Shown here piece after piece: positions 46,012 through 55,172 of a stretch of DNA of 64,000 bases. This DNA comes from Fusobacteriota bacterium. Its GTDB lineage: Bacteria; Fusobacteriota; Fusobacteriia; Fusobacteriales; JAAYPW01. Within the stretch, counting starts at the first letter, position 1. Each line of letters opens with the position of its first letter. The DNA lies in the NCBI GenBank assembly GCA_012519615.1, contig JAAYPW010000115.1, positions 29,009 to 93,008 of the forward strand. Direction: 5' to 3'. Below the pieces are notes generated by a model, which saw only the letters and a program-made list of their open reading frames with translations, ran no database searches and was not told where the DNA came from. Both the position numbers and the translations under genes were made by a program.

Positions 46012-47046
46012 ATGAAAATAGGTAATTTTAATCTAAATGATAATATATTTATTATTGCTGAGATGTCTGCAAATCATGGCAAAAATATTAAAATAGCTCT
46101 TGATACAATATATGCAGCTAAAGAATCAGGAGCAAATGCTATTAAAATACAAACTTATACACCTGATACAATTACTATAAATTGTAGTAATGAATATTTT
46201 AAACTAAAACAAGGTACGATATGGGATGGAAAAAATTTATATGAATTATATAAAGAAGCTTATACCCCTTGGGAATGGCATGATGAATTAAAAAAATATG
46301 CAGATAGCATTGGAATAATTTTATTTTCAACCCCTTTTGACAATAGCGCTGTAGATTTACTTGAATCAATAAATGTATTAGCTTATAAAATTGCATCATT
46401 TGAAATTACGGATATTCCTTTAATTAAGTATGTTGCAAGTAAGCAAAAACCGATTATAATTTCAACAGGGATAGCTAATTTAGATGACATACAAAATGCA
46501 GTAGATACATGTAGAGGTGTAGGTAATAATAATATTGCACTTCTCAAGTGTACCTCTGCATATCCTGCTAAAATAGAAGATGCAAATTTAAAAACAATAC
46601 AAAATTTAAAAGAAACTTTTAATGTTGTTTCAGGATTATCGGATCATACATTAGGTATTACTGTTCCAATTGTGTCTGTTGCAATGGGGGCAAGAATAAT
46701 TGAAAAACATTTTATATTAGATAAATCAATTGGTGGACCTGATTCATCTTTTTCTCTGAATAAAGATGAATTTAAATTAATGGTAAATTCTGTAAGAGAA
46801 GCAGAAAAATCAGTTGGAGAGATAGATTATAAATTAACAGAACAAAAATTAAAAAGTAGAGAATTGTCGAGATCTCTATTTGTAGTTAAGGATATAAAAA
46901 AAGGAGAAATTTTTACAAAAGATAATATTAGATCAATAAGACCAGGATATGGATTACCACCTAAATATTATGATGAAATTATTGGAAAAAGAGCTGCAAA
47001 TGATATAAATAGAGGGCTACCTTTAAAATGGAGCGATATAATATAA
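46012..47046 (+). CDS. pseI: Pseudaminic acid synthase (NeuB family)
   Basis: 344 aa with IIAEMSANHG, IKIQTY, KIASFE, LKCTSAYP, SDHTLG and a C-terminal SAF domain (RSLFVVKDIKKGEIFT). Confidence 0.85.
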   Translation: MKIGNFNLNDNIFIIAEMSANHGKNIKIALDTIYAAKESGANAIKIQTYTPDTITINCSNEYFKLKQGTIWDGKNLYELYKEAYTPWEWHDELKKYADSIGIILFSTPFDNSAVDLLESINVLAYKIASFEITDIPLIKYVASKQKPIIISTGIANLDDIQNAVDTCRGVGNNNIALLKCTSAYPAKIEDANLKTIQNLKETFNVVSGLSDHTLGITVPIVSVAMGARIIEKHFILDKSIGGPDSSFSLNKDEFKLMVNSVREAEKSVGEIDYKLTEQKLKSRELSRSLFVVKDIKKGEIFTKDNIRSIRPGYGLPPKYYDEIIGKRAANDINRGLPLKWSDII

Positions 47047-47063
47047 TAGGAGTGTGATTAAGA

Positions 47064-48242
47064 ATGTATATTCCCTACGGTAAACAGTGCATAGATGAAA
47101 AGGATATTGAATCAGTAATTAATGTTTTAAAATCAGACTATTTAACTCAGGGACCTAAGATAAGAGAGTTCGAAGAAAAAGTTGCAAATTATCATGGTGT
47201 GAAATATGCTGTTGCACTATCTAATGGTACTGCTGCATTACACGCCGCATATAAAGTTATTGGTTTAGATGTAGATGATGAATTTATAACAACTCCGATT
47301 ACATTTGCAGCTACTTCTAACGGTGGTCTTTATTTAGGAGGTAAGCCTGTTTTTGTTGATATAGATAAGAGTGATTATAATATAGATGTCACAAAAATAG
47401 AGGAAAAAATAACTTCAAGAACAAAAGTTATTACGCCTGTTTCATATGCAGGATTTCCAGTTAATATGGAAGAGATTAAAAAAATTGCAAATAAATATAA
47501 TTTAAAAATCATTCATGATGCAGCACATGCTATTGGTGCAAGACGAAATGGATACAGTGTATCCGATATTGCAGATATGACGGTGTTATCATTTCATCCT
47601 GTAAAACACATAACTTGTGGTGAAGGTGGCATGATTTTAACAAATAATGAAGAGTATTATAAAAAATTACTTTTATTTCGTACGCATGGTATTACAAAAA
47701 ATATTGATGAAATGGAGGCAAAAGACGGTCCATGGTATTATGAAATGCAAGAATTAGGATATAATTATAGAATTACAGATATACAATGTGCTCTTGGAAT
47801 TACACAGATGGAAAAGTTAAATGGATTTTTATGCAAAAGAAATAAAATCGCAGAATTTTATGATAAAAATCTTATAAAAATGGACTGGATCACAACTCCT
47901 AAATACTTCAATAAAGATTGGATAGATACACCTCTTTATAGTAATTTACATAAAAAACCAAATAATTTATGTTCATATCACATCTACCCAATTTTAATAA
48001 AAAATAAATCTAATAGAAGAGCATTTGTTGAATATATGCGTTCTAGTGGTATTTATGTTCAAGTTCACTATATACCTTTACATTTAATGCCTTATTATAA
48101 AAAACATTTTGGATATAAAGCTGGTGATTTCCCTATTGCAGAGGATTTCTATGAAAGAGAAGTAAGTATCCCTATATATCCTGATTTAACAGAACAGGAG
48201 CTGAATTATATCCTTAATAAAATATATACTTTTAAATTTTAA
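47064..48242 (+). CDS. pseC: UDP-4-amino-4,6-dideoxy-N-acetyl-beta-L-altrosamine transaminase (DegT/DnrJ/EryC1 family)
   Basis: IPYGKQCIDEKDIESV, SNGTAALH, DAAHAIGA and SFHPVKHITCGEGG (PLP lysine). The context is the pse operon. Confidence 0.85.
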   Translation: MYIPYGKQCIDEKDIESVINVLKSDYLTQGPKIREFEEKVANYHGVKYAVALSNGTAALHAAYKVIGLDVDDEFITTPITFAATSNGGLYLGGKPVFVDIDKSDYNIDVTKIEEKITSRTKVITPVSYAGFPVNMEEIKKIANKYNLKIIHDAAHAIGARRNGYSVSDIADMTVLSFHPVKHITCGEGGMILTNNEEYYKKLLLFRTHGITKNIDEMEAKDGPWYYEMQELGYNYRITDIQCALGITQMEKLNGFLCKRNKIAEFYDKNLIKMDWITTPKYFNKDWIDTPLYSNLHKKPNNLCSYHIYPILIKNKSNRRAFVEYMRSSGIYVQVHYIPLHLMPYYKKHFGYKAGDFPIAEDFYEREVSIPIYPDLTEQELNYILNKIYTFKF

Positions 48243-48330
48243 TATATTAAAATATTCATATTATTTGTTATTGAAATAATTAATATAATATGATATAATT
48301 AGTAGGGTTATATATTTTTAGAGAGGGGGA

Positions 48331-48353
48331 TATTGCAAAATATTTTTGCAATA
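48331..48353 (+). promoter_or_regulatory. Hairpin between the SD (GAGAGGGGGA, 48321-48330) and the miaB ATG (48360)
   Basis: Perfect inverted repeat TATTGCAAAA TAT TTTTGCAATA. Confidence 0.45.
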
Positions 48354-48359
48354 AAAATA

Positions 48360-49673
48360 ATGTTTAAAAAAGCAACAATTATTACATATGGATGCCAAAT
48401 GAATGTTAACGACAGTGCAAAAGTAAAAAAAATTTTAGAAAATAATAATTATGAGATAGTAAATGATATTAATAATAGTAATTTAATTATTATAAATACA
48501 TGTACTGTAAGAGAAGGCGCCGCTGAAAAAGTATACGGTAAATTAGGAGAATTAAAGCACTTAAAACTTAGGAAAAAAAATCTTATAATTGGTGTTATTG
48601 GGTGCTTAGCTCAGGAAAAAAAAGACGAAATATATAAAAAAGTACGGCATGTAGATTTTGTTCTTGGAAATCAAAATATTGGAAAAATACCACAACTTCT
48701 TGAAACAATTGAAAATGAAGATGTAAAGCATATTAATTACACTTATGATGAAGATAAATTACCAGATAAAGTATATGCAGATTTTGATTCGAAAATAACT
48801 GCGTATATTTCTATTACATATGGTTGCAACAACTTCTGTACATATTGTATTGTTCCTTATGTACGTGGTCGTGAAAGAAGTGTACCTATAAATGAGGTTA
48901 TTGATGAAATAAATCATTATTTAGATAAAGGATATAAGGAGATATACTTACTTGGTCAAAATGTAAACTCTTATGGAAAAGGATTAGATGAAAATGTTAA
49001 TTTTACAGATTTACTAAAAGAAATATGTAAAATTGATAAAAAATTTAGATTACGATTTATGTCGCCACATCCACGTGACTTCACAGATGAACTTATAGAA
49101 GTTATAAAAAATGAAGATAAAATATGTAAAAATATACATTTACCTATACAAGCTGGTTCAACAGATGTTCTTAAAATGATGAATCGTGGTTATACAAAAG
49201 AGGAATATTTATATTTAATAGAAAAAATAAAAAATAAGATACCAGATATATCTTTAAGTACTGATATTATTGTTGGATTTCCGAATGAGACAGATAATAA
49301 TTTTAATGACACTTTTGATGTTGTAGAACAAGTTGAATTTGACAATTCGTATATGTTTATGTATTCTAAACGTCAAGGTACACCTGCAGCTACAATGGAT
49401 GGACAAATAGATGAATCAGAAAAAAAAGCAAGATTGCAAAAGTTAATTGATTTACAAGCAAAGAAATCAAAATTACAAAATGAAAAATATATTGGAAAAA
49501 TAGTAGAAGTATTAGTAGAAGGTCCTACACCTAAAAATCCTGAAAATTATTCAGGGAGAACAGATGAAAATAAAATTGTAATCTTAAAAAGTGATCAAAA
49601 AAATGTAGGTGAGTTTGTGAAGGTAAAAATATACGACGCTAAAACATGGACATTGTATGGTAAAATAATATAA
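48360..49673 (+). CDS. miaB: tRNA-2-methylthio-N6-dimethylallyladenosine synthase
   Basis: Motifs TYGCQMNVNDS, radical SAM CNNFCTYC and a TRAM domain. A MiaB-typical N-terminus starts at the ATG at 48360. The in-frame TTG at 48333 (listed) is the alternative start. Confidence 0.9.
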   Translation: MFKKATIITYGCQMNVNDSAKVKKILENNNYEIVNDINNSNLIIINTCTVREGAAEKVYGKLGELKHLKLRKKNLIIGVIGCLAQEKKDEIYKKVRHVDFVLGNQNIGKIPQLLETIENEDVKHINYTYDEDKLPDKVYADFDSKITAYISITYGCNNFCTYCIVPYVRGRERSVPINEVIDEINHYLDKGYKEIYLLGQNVNSYGKGLDENVNFTDLLKEICKIDKKFRLRFMSPHPRDFTDELIEVIKNEDKICKNIHLPIQAGSTDVLKMMNRGYTKEEYLYLIEKIKNKIPDISLSTDIIVGFPNETDNNFNDTFDVVEQVEFDNSYMFMYSKRQGTPAATMDGQIDESEKKARLQKLIDLQAKKSKLQNEKYIGKIVEVLVEGPTPKNPENYSGRTDENKIVILKSDQKNVGEFVKVKIYDAKTWTLYGKII

Positions 49674-49696
49674 TTTTAATATAGTGGGAGGAAGTT

Positions 49697-51004
49697 ATGA
49701 GAAAAGGGATTAGAGTTTACAATTTATATCCAAAATTAGTAGGTAGTATGGAAAAATGGATTACACACTTTGACAGAATTAAAAAGATGAATTTTGATTG
49801 GATATATGTTAATCCAATAAATGCACCAGGATTTTCTGGATCAGATTATGCAATTAAAGATTATTATGGTTACCACCCTCTATTTGTAACCGGTGAGTAT
49901 AATTTTGATAAAATTGAAGAAGAAAAACCGTTAGGAAATGAACTACTTAAAAAAGTATGTACTGAAGCAAATAATCATGGTTTAAATGTAATGTTTGACC
50001 TTGTAATTAATCATACAGCAGTTGATTCGCATCTTACAAAAGATCATCCAAATTGGTATCTTAAAAACGAAGATGGTTCAATAAAAAATCCAGGAACGTT
50101 AGATGGTACAAATTATATTACATGGGGAGATTTAGCTCAGATAGACAATGAAAATTCATTAGATAAAGATAATTTATGGGAATACTGGTTAGATATGACT
50201 TTATTCTATTGTGGTTTAGGTGTTAGAGGATTTAGATGTGACGCTGCTTATCATGTACCTACTAGCCTGTGGAAATTTTTAATACAAAACGTAAAAAATA
50301 GATATCCAGACACAATATTTTTAGCTGAAACACTAGGAGACCAATGTACTCCAAAAATATTAGCAGAAGTTGCAGATTCAGGGTTTGACTATGTTATGAG
50401 TAGCTTTAAGTGGTGGGATTTAAAATCAGATTGGTTTTTAAAAGATTATTCTACTTGGGCAGGGAAATATCCATCGCTTAGTTTCCCTGAAAATCATGAT
50501 ACAATTAGATATTCTACAGAGATAAATGGAAATAAAAATATGGCGATTAATAAATATGCTCTATGTGCTTATTTTAGTTCTAGTATTGCTACAACAATCG
50601 GATATGAATATGGATTTAAAAGAAAAATTGATGTAGTACAAACAAATCCAACATGGTGGGAGGAACCATCGTATGATATATCAGAAGATATTGCGAAAAT
50701 AAACGAGATTAAATCTAAATATGATGTACTTTTAGAAGATAATATGATTAATTTAGTTAATTTTAACAATAATAATATTGTGGGATTTACAAAATATAAT
50801 TTAGGCGGAACAGAGAAAGTGTTAGTTATATCAAATGGTAATCAATACAATAGTGAAGTTGCTAAAATTAATGGTATTTATGGATTAATGGGAGGATCTA
50901 ATGTAATTGATATTTCTCATGGTTATAGAATGGATAACGTACCTGATAATTTAGAATATAATTTAAATCCTGGTGAAGTAAAGCTATTCTATTTAAAAAA
51001 ATAA
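49697..51004 (+). CDS. Cytoplasmic GH13 alpha-amylase-family enzyme (GlgE-like catalytic core)
   Basis: 435 aa with no signal peptide. Motifs: DLVINHTA, GFRCDAAYHVP, FLAETLG, FPENHD. The exact activity cannot be assigned. Confidence 0.65.
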   Translation: MRKGIRVYNLYPKLVGSMEKWITHFDRIKKMNFDWIYVNPINAPGFSGSDYAIKDYYGYHPLFVTGEYNFDKIEEEKPLGNELLKKVCTEANNHGLNVMFDLVINHTAVDSHLTKDHPNWYLKNEDGSIKNPGTLDGTNYITWGDLAQIDNENSLDKDNLWEYWLDMTLFYCGLGVRGFRCDAAYHVPTSLWKFLIQNVKNRYPDTIFLAETLGDQCTPKILAEVADSGFDYVMSSFKWWDLKSDWFLKDYSTWAGKYPSLSFPENHDTIRYSTEINGNKNMAINKYALCAYFSSSIATTIGYEYGFKRKIDVVQTNPTWWEEPSYDISEDIAKINEIKSKYDVLLEDNMINLVNFNNNNIVGFTKYNLGGTEKVLVISNGNQYNSEVAKINGIYGLMGGSNVIDISHGYRMDNVPDNLEYNLNPGEVKLFYLKK

Positions 51005-51037
51005 TGAAGTGTTTAAGTTTTTATAGAGGTGGAGATT

Positions 51038-51421
51038 ATGGAGAAAACAATTCTTTTAATAGATGATGAGTATGATGTTGTTGATACAGTGGAAACAATG
51101 TTAAAAGGAGAAGGATTTAAAACATTAATAGCGCGTAATGGAGAAGAGGGGCTTAAATTATTAAAAAAACATAGACCGATTCCTGATTTAATCCTTTTAG
51201 ATATCATGATGCCTGTTATAAATGGTGTGGAATTATGTGGGATGATAAGAGAAATTGATGAATTAAAAAGTGTTCCAATAGTGATGTTCACAGCTAAAAC
51301 AAATGCTGTTGATAAGAAAAAATCATTTGATGCAGGTGCAAATGGTTTTATTTCTAAGCCATTTAATACAAGAGGATTTATAGCTAGTATAAAAACGTAT
51401 TTAGAATTAGGTGATATCTAG
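51038..51421 (+). CDS. Stand-alone response-regulator receiver domain (CheY-like)
   Basis: Motifs ILLIDDEYDV, LILLDIMMP, VMFTAK and FISKPF. There is no output domain. GAGGTGGAG SD precedes the ATG at 51038. Confidence 0.85.
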   Translation: MEKTILLIDDEYDVVDTVETMLKGEGFKTLIARNGEEGLKLLKKHRPIPDLILLDIMMPVINGVELCGMIREIDELKSVPIVMFTAKTNAVDKKKSFDAGANGFISKPFNTRGFIASIKTYLELGDI

Positions 51422-51456
51422 ATTGATTTTATACTTAAATATTAGAGGGGTATAGT

Positions 51457-52719
51457 ATGAAATTAAATAAATTTAAATTTGATGAAATTGCAAACTTAAA
51501 GTTAAAAGATTTAACAGAGCTTGCACAAAATGTTGGGATGGATAAAATTTATAAATATAAAAAAGATGAATTAATAATGAAGTTAATTGAAAAAAAAGGT
51601 GAAGATGAAAAAATATTAATTGGTTGTGGAGAATTAGACATTTTACCAGACGGTTATGGATTTCTTAGACAAAGTAATGTAGTACAAGATATCTATCTTT
51701 CTGCATCACAAATAAAAAAATTTGCATTAAGAATAGGGGACATAATTATTGGTGAGATTAGAGAACCTGTTGGAGAAGAAAAAAATTATGCTATATTAAA
51801 AATAATCTTGGTTAATGGAGATTTATTAGAGAAAGCTAAATCAAGACCTAAATTTGATGACTTATTGCCATCATATCCAACAGAAAAAATTCATTTAGAA
51901 ACTAATTTAAAAGAGAATTTATCAGGTAGGATGATAGATCTTATTGCACCAATTGGTAAAGGACAAAGAGGTTTAATTGTAGCACCACCTAAAGCAGGTA
52001 AAACTATCCTAATTAGTCAAATGGCAAATAGCATTATTGAAAATTATCCTGATTTAAAGCTATGGATTTTACTTATTGATGAAAGACCAGAAGAAGTTAC
52101 AGATATAAAAAATAATGTAAAAGATGCTGAAGTTTTCGCATCAACATTCGATGAAGAACCCCATAATCATCTGAAAGTAACTGAGATGGTTTTAGAAAAA
52201 GCAAAACGTCTTGTGGAAGAGGGGAAAGATATATTTATATTAATGGATAGTCTTACTCGACTTGCAAGATCATATAATATAATTGTACCATCAAGTGGTA
52301 AACTTATATCAGGTGGGATTGATCCGGCGGCATTATACTTTCCAAAGAAGTTTTTTGGTGCTGCTAGAAATATTAAAAATGGAGGCAGTCTAACAATTAT
52401 TGCAACAGCTTTAGTTGATACAGGGAGTAAAATGGATGATGTAATATACGAAGAATTTAAAGGTACAGGAAATATGGAGATACATTTAGATAGACATTTA
52501 GCAGAGTTACGGATATTTCCTGCGATAGATGTAAAAAGATCTGGTACACGAAGAGAAGAATTGCTTATTTCAGAAAAAGAATTAGAAGCAATTTGGAATT
52601 TTAGAAACTTAATTGCTAATGATACAACAGCAGATTCTTCAAAAAAATTTATAGAACTTATTAAAAATACAAAGAATAACGATGATTTGCTAAATCATTT
52701 TTCAAAGGGTGTGAGATAA
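51457..52719 (+). CDS. rho: Transcription termination factor Rho
   Basis: 420 aa with an N-terminal Rho_N/CSD (GFLR), P-loop APPKAGKT, LLIDERPEEV and SGTRREELL. Confidence 0.97.
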   Translation: MKLNKFKFDEIANLKLKDLTELAQNVGMDKIYKYKKDELIMKLIEKKGEDEKILIGCGELDILPDGYGFLRQSNVVQDIYLSASQIKKFALRIGDIIIGEIREPVGEEKNYAILKIILVNGDLLEKAKSRPKFDDLLPSYPTEKIHLETNLKENLSGRMIDLIAPIGKGQRGLIVAPPKAGKTILISQMANSIIENYPDLKLWILLIDERPEEVTDIKNNVKDAEVFASTFDEEPHNHLKVTEMVLEKAKRLVEEGKDIFILMDSLTRLARSYNIIVPSSGKLISGGIDPAALYFPKKFFGAARNIKNGGSLTIIATALVDTGSKMDDVIYEEFKGTGNMEIHLDRHLAELRIFPAIDVKRSGTRREELLISEKELEAIWNFRNLIANDTTADSSKKFIELIKNTKNNDDLLNHFSKGVR

Positions 52720-52720
52720 A

Positions 52721-53791
52721 ATGTCAAATACATTGTTAAGAAGAATATCTTTTACTATGAGTATTCTATTTTTTTTCGTATTTCTATTTTTTTCATTTAA
52801 AACTGGCGCTGTTATTTATTCGTCAGGTACAGATGATTTAAGTGCATATGAAACAACGGACTTAACAAATATAAATGAGAGTGGATTAAAATTTATTGAT
52901 GTGGAACAAGTATTTATTTTTCAAAAAGAATATAATCTTAATGAATTAGATAAAACAATTGAAGATACAAATAATTATATAGATGAAGTAGATTATGTTT
53001 TAGAGGATTTAAAAAAAGAGGAAGAAGATATAAAAAAGATATCAATAGAATATTATACTGTTATTGAGGGTGACTCTCTTTATAGAATAGCAAAAAAAAT
53101 CGGTCAAAATATAGATGTATTAGTTGCAAATAATCCAGAAGTAGGTAATGGTGTTATTAAAATTGGTCAAAAATTAAAAATATTATCAGAAAATGGCATT
53201 CATTATAAAGTTCAAAAAGGGGATTCGCTTATTAAACTTGCTAAAAGATACGGTGTAAAAACTGATGATATTATCAAAGAAAATAATTTAGAAACAACAA
53301 CACTATTTATAGGACAAAGGATTTTTATTAAAAATCCAGATTTAAATTTTGTAAAAAATGATATTAAAAAGCAATCTAATATAAAATCGAATAATGTTGT
53401 GTCTAATAATAATTTTATTTGGCCAATTAAATGGAATGGGGTGACAAGTCCTTTTGGTTCAAGAATGCATCCTGTTTTAAAAAGATATATATTTCATGCT
53501 GGTGTAGATTTAAGAGCTGGTGTAGGTACACCAATATATGCAGCAGATGATGGGAAAATATCATATTCCGGTTGGGCATCAGGTTATGGGAATCTTATTA
53601 AAATTGAGCATAGTAGAGGTTATTCTACAAGATATGGACATTTAGATAAATTAATTGCAAAACAAGGTTCTACTGTAAAAAGAGGAGAACTTATAGGATA
53701 CAGTGGTAAAACTGGAAGAGTAACAGGACCACATTTACATTATGAAATTAGAGAAAGTGATAAACCTATTAATCCGATGAAATTTAGATAG
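52721..53791 (+). CDS. LysM-domain M23 metallopeptidase
   Basis: N-terminal TM/signal, two LysM repeats (YTVIEGDSLYRIAKK, YKVQKGDSLIKLAKR) and M23 motifs (HAGVDL, GPHLHYEI). Confidence 0.9.
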   Translation: MSNTLLRRISFTMSILFFFVFLFFSFKTGAVIYSSGTDDLSAYETTDLTNINESGLKFIDVEQVFIFQKEYNLNELDKTIEDTNNYIDEVDYVLEDLKKEEEDIKKISIEYYTVIEGDSLYRIAKKIGQNIDVLVANNPEVGNGVIKIGQKLKILSENGIHYKVQKGDSLIKLAKRYGVKTDDIIKENNLETTTLFIGQRIFIKNPDLNFVKNDIKKQSNIKSNNVVSNNNFIWPIKWNGVTSPFGSRMHPVLKRYIFHAGVDLRAGVGTPIYAADDGKISYSGWASGYGNLIKIEHSRGYSTRYGHLDKLIAKQGSTVKRGELIGYSGKTGRVTGPHLHYEIRESDKPINPMKFR

Positions 53792-53942
53792 TAGAAAATA
53801 ATTATTAAAATTTTAGGCGAAGTAGAATTTAATATCTATATCGCCTTTTTTATATTGAAATTAATATTAATATTGAAAAAATTAACTTAATATAGTATAA
53901 TTCAAGTATATAAAATATAATTTAAATATGAAAGGAAGAAAT

Positions 53943-55154
53943 ATGAAAAAAATAGAGTTATTAGCTCCAGCAGGAAATATGGAAAAATTAGAGATGGTTT
54001 TTCATTATGGTGCAGATGCTGCTTATATTGGTGGAAAATCATTTAATTTAAGAGCACTTTCAGGAAATTTTGATGATGAAGACTTGAAAAAAGCTGTAGA
54101 CTATGCGCATGTACAAGGAAAAAAAGTATATATTACATTAAATATTATTCCTCATAATAGTGAAATTGATATAATGGCGGATTATATTAAATATTTATCT
54201 AGTATAAATGTAGATGGAGTAATTGTGGCAGATTTAGGAGTATTTGAATTAGTAAAAGAAAATTCTAATTTAAATATAAGTATTAGTACACAAGCAAGTA
54301 ATACAAATTGGAGAAGTGTTGCCTTTTGGAAAAGGTTAGGTGCAAAGCGTGTTGTACTTGCTAGAGAAGTTTCTTTAAATGATATTAAAACAATAAGAGA
54401 GAAAGTTCCTGATGTAGAACTTGAGATGTTTATTCACGGAGCAATGTGTATCTCAATATCAGGTAGATGTCTTATGAGTAACTATATGGCTTCGCGTGAT
54501 GCAAATAGAGGAGCATGTGCTCATCCTTGTAGATGGAACTACTCTTTAATGGAGGAAAAACGCCCAGGCGAGTATTTTCCTGTTTTTGAAGACGATAGAG
54601 GAACATATATTTTTAATTCAAAGGATTTATGTTCTATAGAATTTATAGATCAAATACTAGATATTGGTATAGATAGTCTAAAAATAGAAGGACGTATGAA
54701 AGGGATCTATTACGGTGCAAATGTTGTAAAAGTATATAGAAATGCAATTGATAGTTATACTAATGGTAACTATAAATTTGATCCAAATTGGATTGAAGAA
54801 CTTAAAGGTACAAGTAATCGTTCTTTTACCAGTGGATTTTATCTTGGTTTACCTAACGAAAATTCACAAAATTATAACACTAATTCATCTTATAGTCAAA
54901 CTCATCAATTAGTTGCAAAAGTAATCGAAAAGTTAGAAGATAATACCTATATTTTAGAGGTAAGAAATAGATTAACTACTGGAGAAGAACTAGAAGTAAT
55001 TACACAAACTTATGCACCATATCAATTTATTATGCCAGAAATGATAAATAATGAAAATGATGAACTTATTAAAATTGCACATCCAAATACAATTATTAAA
55101 ATAAAAACAGATAATAATCTTAAAGTATATGATATGATTCGTAAAAAATTATAA
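53943..55154 (+). CDS. Peptidase U32 family protein
   Basis: MKKIELLAPAGN..., the GADAAYIGG motif, and the U32 signature region EMFIHGAMCISISGRCLMSNY. AAAGGAAG SD precedes the ATG at 53943. Confidence 0.85.
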   Translation: MKKIELLAPAGNMEKLEMVFHYGADAAYIGGKSFNLRALSGNFDDEDLKKAVDYAHVQGKKVYITLNIIPHNSEIDIMADYIKYLSSINVDGVIVADLGVFELVKENSNLNISISTQASNTNWRSVAFWKRLGAKRVVLAREVSLNDIKTIREKVPDVELEMFIHGAMCISISGRCLMSNYMASRDANRGACAHPCRWNYSLMEEKRPGEYFPVFEDDRGTYIFNSKDLCSIEFIDQILDIGIDSLKIEGRMKGIYYGANVVKVYRNAIDSYTNGNYKFDPNWIEELKGTSNRSFTSGFYLGLPNENSQNYNTNSSYSQTHQLVAKVIEKLEDNTYILEVRNRLTTGEELEVITQTYAPYQFIMPEMINNENDELIKIAHPNTIIKIKTDNNLKVYDMIRKKL

Positions 55155-55172
55155 TTTAAGGAAGTGAGCATT

